A stretch of DNA of 50,217 nt from an uncultured archaeon. Its GTDB lineage: Archaea; Asgardarchaeota; Heimdallarchaeia; Heimdallarchaeales; Kariarchaeaceae. Below are positions 18,981 to 26,739 of the stretch, in pieces (position 1 is the stretch's first letter; each line of letters opens with the position of its first letter). Below the pieces are notes generated by a model that saw nothing but the letters and a program-made list of their open reading frames with translations, did not search any database and was not told the origin of the DNA. The stretch spans positions 1 to 50,217 of the forward strand of contig CAZYCQ010000019.1 in NCBI GenBank assembly GCA_964645535.1, read 5' to 3'. The translations under genes and the position numbers were made by a program.

Positions 18981-19084
18981 ATATCATATTCTGACAAAAG
19001 AGGTAATAAATTTTCAAATCACCAAGTTAATTGACAGTAAAATCTACAGATTCAAAGTTTTCAATGGACCTCTCAAAGAAAAAA

Positions 19085-19158
19085 TGATCCGGGAGGGATT
19101 CGAACCCACGATCACGTGCACCCCAAGCACGCATGTTACCAAGCTACACTACCGGATC
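19085..19158 (-). tRNA. tRNA-Pro (anticodon GGG), intronless, CCA not encoded
   Basis: Minus strand: acceptor GATCCGG/CCGGATC+A, D arm GTGT-AGCTTGGTA-ACAT, anticodon arm CGTGC-TTGGGGT-GCACG, T arm GTGGG-TTCGAAT-CCCTC. Confidence 0.95.
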
Positions 19159-19603
19159 TTTAGGATTCACCACATATGGTTCAATCCTGATTTTCTTTGG
19201 AAGCTTTTTCTTTTAATGTTTTTTCATGGTTACGTGTTTGATTTTGTTTTTGTGAAATGTTGAAAATTTAGGTTATTTTGTTTTGTCGTTTGTTTATGGA
19301 AATTTTGGTTGATTTGAGTTAATGTTTTGCAAATGAACTTAATTAATCCGAAAGGCATTGAAGTATTATTTTTTAATTATTTAGTTGATAAATTGATCGA
19401 GTTTTTTTTTGGTCATCTTCAATTTCCTCAGTTAAATTTGTATCAGGCAAGGGGTTGCTTGTACCAACCAATCTTAGTCCTAGGCTCAAGGTTTGATTTC
19501 TTGCATTTCCTTTTTCCCTGGTTCATTTTTTTATTGTTGGAAGCTTAAAAAAAAGGATTAGTTTGATTATAAATCGATCTCATTGGTTTGCAGATTTAGC
19601 AAA

Positions 19604-19828
19604 TTATTGAAGTTTTTGGTTATTTTCCTTTTGATATGGGATCATAAGGGGTAATGCAGCTGACAGAAGAATGGCCATATATATGATGATTTGATACTGA
19701 AATTCCATATCTGGGATCTTCAAAAGCATAATCAAACTGATTGACACTATTATTAGGGCAATAGTATCGGCCAATATTCTTTTGTTTGACCATAATTTAT
19801 TTTTGTCTGGTTTGTTATGTGTCCGCAT
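19604..19828 (-). CDS. Small 2-TM hypothetical membrane protein
   Basis: MRTHNKPDKNKLWSNKRILADTIALIIVSISLIMLL...IIIYMAILLSAALPLMIPY; starts 8 nt after the upstream ORF stop. Confidence 0.55.
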   Translation of the reverse strand: MRTHNKPDKNKLWSNKRILADTIALIIVSISLIMLLKIPDMEFQYQIIIYMAILLSAALPLMIPYQKENNQKLQ

Positions 19829-19835
19829 GTTCTCA

Positions 19836-20170
19836 TCACTCAAGTGGAACCAATTGATCATTGATATTAATCTCCATAAATTTTGGGAAAAAGAATGCTC
19901 CGAGTGCAACCTCTGATATAGCAACACCAACAAGTCCAACAAGATTTAATGAAGCAATGAACATATATGGTTTAGGCAAGACAAGAATTACATTGTATTT
20001 TCCGTAATCGATGTAAGGATAAAAATGAAAATTGGGAGCAGATCCTGCATGTAATCCAATTGCCATAAGATGATCACTTCGAGTTAATACCCCTGCAAGT
20101 AATTGCGCCAAAAATGCAGCTAATTCCGCACGGACTGCTTTTACAAGTCCCAATAACCCTTTAAATGCAT
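19836..20170 (-). pseudogene. Probable C-terminal gene fragment (hydrophobic), the 3' part of the 339-aa ORF
   Basis: AT-rich, protein-like segment (...GLLGLVKAVRAELAAFLAQLLAGV...LNLVGLVGVAISEVALGAFFFP). The upstream part of the same ORF is antisense to a more credible + strand gene. Confidence 0.35.
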
Positions 20171-20171
20171 C

Positions 20172-20678
20172 ATGGGTGAGATCAACGACCGTGAAAGCCT
20201 TGGATTGCATATCCTTCAGAACAAGGATCTGACCATTCTCTTTAACCAATTGGAAAACACGGGATTGGTGCTTTTGACTCAGCATGAGCCATTGAAAGAA
20301 ACGTTGGACAAGATTTCCGCAGGGCATATGTCTGCCGAATACCTCTTGCTTTCGAAGGGTATTGATCCAAGTGATCCGATAGCTTTCTATCGCAAATTCA
20401 TGAAAGCTGAGATTCCTTTGGATTTCTGTCTGCATTCGCTTGAGTTGCATGGTCTTCCTGTCTACGTATTCAAACCGTTGAAAGTCTCGGATCCCGGTTT
20501 CCTTTTCAGGCTCTTGCATCCTCAAATCAGTCGTGTTCTTTCTGAAATTGATGCTACGGTCACATATCCCGAGTTGCTTGCGGCTCTTGTCGACAATCTT
20601 GGCATCTCTGAAGGCACGGCAATTCTCCGCATTCATTCCCTTTTCCGGAAGGGTATTGTGAAAGAAGCAGTTGATTGA
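20172..20678 (+). CDS. Hypothetical protein with a C-terminal winged-helix-like segment
   Basis: TYPELLAALVDNLGISEGTAILRIHSLFRKGIVK looks like a wHTH; codon usage resembles the neighbouring + strand gene. Confidence 0.6.
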   Translation: MGEINDRESLGLHILQNKDLTILFNQLENTGLVLLTQHEPLKETLDKISAGHMSAEYLLLSKGIDPSDPIAFYRKFMKAEIPLDFCLHSLELHGLPVYVFKPLKVSDPGFLFRLLHPQISRVLSEIDATVTYPELLAALVDNLGISEGTAILRIHSLFRKGIVKEAVD

Positions 20679-20942
20679 TTTCCGTAGTTGATCCTGTAAT
20701 TTTGCGGTGGTGGCAGGGGCTGAAAATGTTCCGCTTTGGATGAAAAAAGTCAATGGATTGATGGGCACATCCGAAGCACTTATTAGCTTTTGTGGAGTAT
20801 ATTGAATTGCAGCTACTCGATATTTTTTTGGGTAGCTGCCTCCCTCCCCCCACATGTATTTGTCATTTTTTTGTCAGATTATTAGGTCTGAAGTCCTTTT
20901 CATAGTGAATGTATAAATAGCGAAATTGCGGAAATCTAGGTA

Positions 20943-21404
20943 TTGACCTATTATAAGCAGCTCAAATGTGATCCGAAGGTTTCTGGAATTTCATTGCAAC
21001 GGCTGATCTCCCCAAAGGAGCTGAGAGTGATTGAGGAACTTGCCATTGAGCTGAGATTGTCTGGAGTCAATCTTTTGCTTGACAAACCTGCATTGGTGGA
21101 GTTGGCGGGAATTGATCGCATTTCCATCATTGATGATGTTATTTCGCTGATGATCTGGCGACCTGAAGACATCTACGGTCATATCATTGGCATGAAGCTT
21201 GTGGTTCCCAATGAGGATTTGGTTCCGGATCTTTTTTCGCAGCTCCGCTATTTAGAACGGCAGGTTGTCTTTCTTTCGGAGCCGGTTCGAAAGAACCTGC
21301 TGTTGAGTAGGCGTGAACTTCCTGAAACCGGTGAATACATTCTGGAAACGCACAAGATGCATTACATTCTCAAATTCCGGATCGGGAGATTGCAGGATCG
21401 TTGA
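20943..21404 (+). CDS. Hypothetical protein
   Basis: 153-codon ORF with protein-like composition, abutting the uppS stop. Confidence 0.6.
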   Translation: MTYYKQLKCDPKVSGISLQRLISPKELRVIEELAIELRLSGVNLLLDKPALVELAGIDRISIIDDVISLMIWRPEDIYGHIIGMKLVVPNEDLVPDLFSQLRYLERQVVFLSEPVRKNLLLSRRELPETGEYILETHKMHYILKFRIGRLQDR

Positions 21405-22181
21405 TCATTTTCCGAATCTTCTGTGCCTGAGCTGATAGGATCTGATTGCCCTGAGAAAATCGATTTCCCGGAACAGTGGCCAATAGACGTCTGTGAAGTA
21501 CAGTTCGGAGTAGACCCCTTGCCAAAGGAGAAATCCTGAAAGCCTTACTTCTCCTGAGGTTCTGATGATCAGGTCTGGATCCGGCAATCCTGTGGTATAG
21601 AGATGGGAGGCAATCAATTCCTCATCGATGTCATTGATGTCGAGTTTTCCTTCCTTGACATGTTTTGCGATCTTCCGGACCGCGTGGACGATTTCCTTCC
21701 TGCCGCCGTAAGCAACACAGATGTTGAGAATATAGTTATGGTAGTCCTGTGTTGCCTCTTCAGTTTTCCTGAACTCCTCTTGGAGGGTTTCTGGCAACAT
21801 TCCTATCTCTCCGGAAAAGCGAACCTGAATCCCTCTTTCATGGACTCGTCTGTCTTCTCGTATCTTGATGGCATTTTCCTTGGCAAGTCGGAAGATTACT
21901 TCCTTCTCTTCATCGGATCTTTGAAAATTTTCTGTTGAAAAAATCCAGACGGAGATGGCTTTGATGTCGAGATCCCACGCCCATTCAAGCACCTCCTCCA
22001 ATTTGTTTGCCCCCATTTTGTACCCCCTTTCCTTTGAGATCCCCAATCTGTTGGCGCCCCTTCGGTTTCCATCTAGGATAAGGCCTACATGCTGGGGCAT
22101 TCTTCCTGCCTTTACCTTGCGTTTCAGATTCCGTTTGTAGAGGGAGTACACAAGGTTATAGGGGGAAAATCTCTCCTTCAC
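21405..22181 (-). CDS. uppS: cis-prenyltransferase (polyprenyl diphosphate synthase)
   Basis: PQHVGLILDGNRR, FSTENFQRS, AYGGRKEI, PDPDLIIRTSGEVRLSGFLLWQ, RRFGK. Confidence 0.95.
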   Translation of the reverse strand: MKERFSPYNLVYSLYKRNLKRKVKAGRMPQHVGLILDGNRRGANRLGISKERGYKMGANKLEEVLEWAWDLDIKAISVWIFSTENFQRSDEEKEVIFRLAKENAIKIREDRRVHERGIQVRFSGEIGMLPETLQEEFRKTEEATQDYHNYILNICVAYGGRKEIVHAVRKIAKHVKEGKLDINDIDEELIASHLYTTGLPDPDLIIRTSGEVRLSGFLLWQGVYSELYFTDVYWPLFREIDFLRAIRSYQLRHRRFGK

Positions 22182-22256
22182 TACTGCTATTGAATTTTAC
22201 TCCTATAAAACAGTCATCAAACATTCCGAAAAGTTTGAAAAAACGTTGAACGTTGT

Positions 22257-23018
22257 TCAGCTGAACATGTCCTCTGAGTTCCAGATCCGTTGAAACTCCG
22301 CAAAGGCAAGGTCAATGTTCTGATGCGTTTCCGAAGAGATCACCGGAAACTCATTGAGCTGTTCATTTTCAATTACCAATTGTGCGATCCGTTTGGAGAG
22401 TTCCGCATTGAGGAGGTTTTTTTCCATTCTCAGATCCTCCATAAGAAATTCGGGATTGTCTACCCATTCCTGCATGCGGTTCAGCCTTGCCTCTTGGAGG
22501 AGGTCGCCTTTGGAGATTGCAAATGCCATTCCTGTTTTGAGCCGGTAGCTGATGGACACTCCAAAGAGGAGGATGGAGATGAAGCTTGAAGCCGTATTGC
22601 AGAGGATGGGGTCTATCAGGAATGCTCCTGCGACGATATTTTCATGGGCAAGGGCTGAAATAATAAGTGGTCCGCTTCCCCTGAAGGCAAACGCTTCCAT
22701 CTGCCCTGGGAGATCCACCAGCACATAGTCGGCTCCAAAATTCTTCAGTTCCTCGATGACGTCATCGATGTTCAGCGCAACTTGATCCATGGCTGCAATG
22801 ATTGCCCCATTTGGACCCAATTCAAATCTGTCCACTATTTCCTCATATGATACATAATCCCTGATGTCTATGGTTGGCGCATAGGGGAGACGAACAACGG
22901 CTGGATCCAGATTGAGGGTGATGACGTCAAGCTCGACTCTGTTCATCCAGTCATAAAGGGTGGCGGTGGCATGTGATTTTCCGGATCCCGCAGGACCGAG
23001 GAAATATCCGATGTTCAT
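22257..23018 (-). CDS. GPN-loop GTPase
   Basis: GPAGSGKS, NLDPA, LGPNGA, DLPGQME, SKGD. Confidence 0.92.
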   Translation of the reverse strand: MNIGYFLGPAGSGKSHATATLYDWMNRVELDVITLNLDPAVVRLPYAPTIDIRDYVSYEEIVDRFELGPNGAIIAAMDQVALNIDDVIEELKNFGADYVLVDLPGQMEAFAFRGSGPLIISALAHENIVAGAFLIDPILCNTASSFISILLFGVSISYRLKTGMAFAISKGDLLQEARLNRMQEWVDNPEFLMEDLRMEKNLLNAELSKRIAQLVIENEQLNEFPVISSETHQNIDLAFAEFQRIWNSEDMFS

Positions 23019-23168
23019 ACCTCTTCTGCAATAAGGGGTTTAATAAGCTTCAAGGTGAGGTCTTAAATGAAACAATCGCCAAAGGGTTTCCAATATATTT
23101 TTATTAAAGGATGACTAAATACCATTAGAAGCAGTTTCTGTTGGAAATGAATTACTGGGGATCTGACC

Positions 23169-23555
23169 ATGTTCGACTTCTCATTCGATGACAAAGCAAA
23201 AGATTTGGACGAAATCCTTCGAGAGATAGATGTAAACGTCAAGGAAATTGAGGCCGCAGCAATTGTGTCCATAGAAGGGCTTCCAATTGCCGCTCGTATG
23301 CCTCCTGAATACGAAGATGCAATCGTTGCCGCCATGACGGCAGCCATGCTGTCCTTGGGTGAAAAGATCAGCAACAATCTTAACCGAGGCGTGTTGCAGA
23401 AGATTTTTGTTGAGGGGAAGGATGGTCACGTCATTTCAGTTGCTGCTGGATCAAATGCCGTGTTGACAGTATCGACCAATAAAGACGCAAAGCTTGGTCT
23501 GATCTTTCATGAAATGGAAATTGCAGCTAAAAAGATCGCGGAAATCCTTGGATGA
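23169..23555 (+). CDS. Roadblock/LC7 domain protein
   Basis: IEAAAIVSIEGLPIA...VAAMTAAMLSLGEK...IFVEGKDG...AKLGLIF. Confidence 0.92.
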   Translation: MFDFSFDDKAKDLDEILREIDVNVKEIEAAAIVSIEGLPIAARMPPEYEDAIVAAMTAAMLSLGEKISNNLNRGVLQKIFVEGKDGHVISVAAGSNAVLTVSTNKDAKLGLIFHEMEIAAKKIAEILG

Positions 23556-23556
23556 C

Positions 23557-23578
23557 CTGAATTTTTTTTTTGATTCAG
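23557..23578 (+). terminator. Putative terminator (T-run inside the CTGAAT/ATTCAG inverted repeat)
   Basis: A 10-T run immediately after the roadblock stop codon. Confidence 0.5.
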
Positions 23579-23893
23579 TTGGATAATTTCCAAAGCCACC
23601 GTATTGATTCAATTCCATTAATCTCTATTTTCAGCTTTTCTATTTCCATTATCCTGTTAATTCCGGTCTGAAGTCGGAAAATGACCGTGTCCGTTCATTC
23701 CTTCTTTTATAAGGAATGTTTCCGCTTTATTTGAATTAAATTGGAAAATTTCCAAAAATATTGTTGTTTGGTGGTACCGCGTTTGATTTCGAATGGTTTT
23801 TTAAGGATGGGAATCCTCTTGTCAATATTGATTGGACAAAAGGTAGTTACTGAACAGAAGGATTTTGTCTGCCTTTCGGAAAGACAGGAACCC

Positions 23894-25435
23894 ATGGGGC
23901 AGAGTTGGGAAAAGCACACTCGGTTCAAAATTAGAACTCAGCATGCACCTCCCCGCCGCCCGAAACCCTTTCCGTTCTACCCAAAAGTCGGAAAAGTTGG
24001 CTTATTCAAGACCTTGGTGAAGGAAACCCTTTCATACAACTTCAAGTTACTGAAGAGGGAGTATCGATCTGCATTGCTGAGCAGACCATGTATCTACGGT
24101 GTTTTCAGTGGACCTGTTGGAGGCTTTGCTCCTCGTAGGGAATTATGCACTGGCTGCCTCAGATGTGTTCAGGAATTTCCGGAATTCTGCACTGTCGAGA
24201 AAAATCCAGAATTCAATAAATTTGCAGATTCCTATTGGCAAGCAAAGGATTTGACAAAGGAATCCACAAGCCCATACTTGTTGGTGATCAATGAAGCTGA
24301 AAATGGCAAGATTCCTGTAAAGGGGATGGGTTACAAAGGTTCGTTTGCGGATGAGGGTTGGGATACCATCTGGACTGACATGTCCGAGATTGTTCGACCC
24401 ACTCGTGACGGAATCTATGGGCGAGAATATATTTCCACTGAAACAATGATTGGAGCTCGTTCCATAGTTCCTGACTTTGGAGCACTCATCCATCAACCTG
24501 TTGCACCTCACCTCAAATTGACGCTTCCCATTGTCTTTGATCATCTGCCTTCTCAGATCTCTAGCAAATTGGTGACGGAGTCAATTGCCAAGGCGTCTTC
24601 TGATGTTGGTACCTGTTTTATTGCCTCAAATGCACAGGTCAAGCATCTCAAAGAGGAATTCAAAAGCCGCCAAATAATCCATGCAGAGAAATTTGCAGAT
24701 TTGGAAAACATTGATGCAGATGCTATCGAGGTGGATCTCGGTTCGTTCCTTTCCCTGAATCCTTTTGAGGATGAAATAGCCTCGATCTACAGTGGGGAGT
24801 ATTGGAAAGATGCAATGGAAATTGTCGCCAAAGTCAGATCCCTGACGCAAGGCAAGGTATTGATTGTCAAGCTTCCTCTTACGGAAACCTCTGGAATGAG
24901 GATTTCTGAGTTGCTTCAGCAGGTGGAAATTGAAGGTGTACATTTGTATGCTGACTACCATGGCAGGACATTTGCCCAACAGTTTGAGTTTCCGGAATTC
25001 ATCAAGGATTCCCTGCGAAGGGTTCATGAAACCCTCATTAAGGACGGAATAAGAGACAGGATCACCATCATTGCAAGTGGTGGGATCATTTTGGCTGAAC
25101 ATGTCCCCAAAGCAATGATCTGTGGGGCAGATGTTGTCGCAATTAACACGACTGTTCTTGTTGCCTTGCAGATGAAGTTTAAGGGGGAGTGCCGAACACC
25201 GGACAGTGCAATCCACATTGATGGGTTCAATACCCAATGGGGACGTCAACGTCTTGTCAATCTACTTGCAGCTTGGCATTATCAACTTCTGGAAGTACTT
25301 AGCGCCATGGGTATGAGGGATGTGCGCAGGTTGAGAGGCGATGTCGGTCGAGCCATATTCAAGGAGGAAATCGAAAAGGAAGCCTTCGGAGAAATTCGTG
25401 GCTTTGCAGAAAATGGAGGAGGTGTATCATATTGA
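23894..25435 (+). CDS. Glutamate synthase-related protein (degenerate FMN-binding barrel with an N-terminal Fe-S motif)
   Basis: CIYGV and CTGCLRCVQE; GKIPVKGMGY...WTDMSEIVRPTRDGI.GRE; IIASGGI...GAD; MGMRDVRRLRG. Start set at ATG 23894. Confidence 0.8.
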   Translation: MGQSWEKHTRFKIRTQHAPPRRPKPFPFYPKVGKVGLFKTLVKETLSYNFKLLKREYRSALLSRPCIYGVFSGPVGGFAPRRELCTGCLRCVQEFPEFCTVEKNPEFNKFADSYWQAKDLTKESTSPYLLVINEAENGKIPVKGMGYKGSFADEGWDTIWTDMSEIVRPTRDGIYGREYISTETMIGARSIVPDFGALIHQPVAPHLKLTLPIVFDHLPSQISSKLVTESIAKASSDVGTCFIASNAQVKHLKEEFKSRQIIHAEKFADLENIDADAIEVDLGSFLSLNPFEDEIASIYSGEYWKDAMEIVAKVRSLTQGKVLIVKLPLTETSGMRISELLQQVEIEGVHLYADYHGRTFAQQFEFPEFIKDSLRRVHETLIKDGIRDRITIIASGGIILAEHVPKAMICGADVVAINTTVLVALQMKFKGECRTPDSAIHIDGFNTQWGRQRLVNLLAAWHYQLLEVLSAMGMRDVRRLRGDVGRAIFKEEIEKEAFGEIRGFAENGGGVSY

Positions 25436-26739
25436 TTACATCTGGATTGCAATTGCGTGTCCAAAAGCACAGTTCCCATATCAACAAGGGGATTTCCAAA
25501 CTGGCAGAACTGAAGGTATCACCCCCTGCTGCAATGGGGAATTACCGATGGACTACTGATCTCATCATTTCAACCTATTATCAGGCATTGACTGGAGATA
25601 TCCCCACAGGAATCAATTACAGAACCGGTGCAAGTAACGGTGGATTTGACTTGCTCCACTTTGACTTTGAAGAAAAAACCTTTGATCAGTCAACCATAGA
25701 TGAAAACGAATTTGACCTATCACTGGATTTGAATAAACGGGGAACGGGACGGTCAATCCGGATTTCACAGCCCACATATGGTGGCGGCATGTCGTTTGGT
25801 TCCATAAGTCTAAATTTCATGTTGGCAAGGGCCATTGCCGCCAAAAGATTGAATACATTTACCTGTACTGGTGAAGGTGGCTATCCTGAAGAATTATTGC
25901 CTTACAAGGATCATGTCATTACACAGGTAGCCACAGGTCTTTTCGGTGTCAGGGAAGAAACCATCCAGCATGCTCCGATTGTTGAATTCAAATATGCACA
26001 GGGTGCAAAACCTGGGCTAGGTGGTCATCTTCTTGCCGACAAGGTCACCGCCCAAGTGGCAAAAATGCGAGATTCAATGGCTTTTTCATCATTGTTTTCT
26101 CCTTCTCCGTTTCATTCTGTCTATTCGGTGGAGGATCACAAGAAGCATGTGGATTGGATCAAAATAACCAATCCTTCCGCCTTGGTTTCTGTCAAGGTTT
26201 CAACACCAAAGGATGTGGAAATGGTGGCCATTGGGAGCTATTTTGCAGGTGCCAACATCATTCATATCGATGGGGCTTATGGAGGTACTGGTGCAGCTCC
26301 AGAAATCGCAAAGAAAAACATTGCAATGCCAATAGAATATGCCATTCCCAAGGTTCACAAATACCTTGAACAAGAAGGTGTTCGGGATGAGGTGACCCTG
26401 ATTGCAAGTGGGGGGATTAGGACGGCGTATGATGTGGCAAAGGCGATCGCATTGGGTGCTGATGGAGTTGTGATCGGTACGGCTGAAAACATTGCAATTG
26501 GGTGTACCCATTGCGGAAATTGTGAAAGAGGAAGAGGTTGCCAAATCGGCATTGCAAGTGCAGATCCTGAACTCAGCCTTTATCGTCCCGTCGATTGGGC
26601 TGCTGAAAGGATTGTCAATCTATATACGGCTTGGAAAAAGCAATATCGAATGATCTTGGCAGGTTTGGGTCTACGAAGCATTTCTGAATTGAGAGGTAGG
26701 ACTGACTTGCTGTACTATGGAGGTAATGGACATGCATAA
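25432..26739 (+). CDS. Glutamate synthase FMN-binding domain protein (GltB domain 2)
   Basis: GGMSFGSIS, TGEGG, QVATGLFGV, AQGAKPGLGGHL, SVEDH, GGTGAA, IASGGIRT, cluster motif CTHCGNC...CQIGI. Confidence 0.9.
   Translation: MITSGLQLRVQKHSSHINKGISKLAELKVSPPAAMGNYRWTTDLIISTYYQALTGDIPTGINYRTGASNGGFDLLHFDFEEKTFDQSTIDENEFDLSLDLNKRGTGRSIRISQPTYGGGMSFGSISLNFMLARAIAAKRLNTFTCTGEGGYPEELLPYKDHVITQVATGLFGVREETIQHAPIVEFKYAQGAKPGLGGHLLADKVTAQVAKMRDSMAFSSLFSPSPFHSVYSVEDHKKHVDWIKITNPSALVSVKVSTPKDVEMVAIGSYFAGANIIHIDGAYGGTGAAPEIAKKNIAMPIEYAIPKVHKYLEQEGVRDEVTLIASGGIRTAYDVAKAIALGADGVVIGTAENIAIGCTHCGNCERGRGCQIGIASADPELSLYRPVDWAAERIVNLYTAWKKQYRMILAGLGLRSISELRGRTDLLYYGGNGHA

Noticed and set aside
19327-19548. 73-aa Phe/Leu-rich ORF
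   Set aside because: Likely an artefact of T-rich non-coding DNA; TTG start and no RBS.
23770-23781. GGTGGTACCGCG, an exact T-box core sequence upstream of the glutamate synthase genes
   Set aside because: There is no downstream CGUCC/CGCCC to form the antiterminator and no recognisable stem I/specifier loop, and T-boxes are a bacterial feature. Probably chance; an Infernal search with the T-box model would settle it.
23741-23893. N-terminal extension of the first glutamate-synthase-like ORF
   Set aside because: Its TTG start lies inside a palindrome and the sequence is not protein-like; ATG 23894 is preferred.
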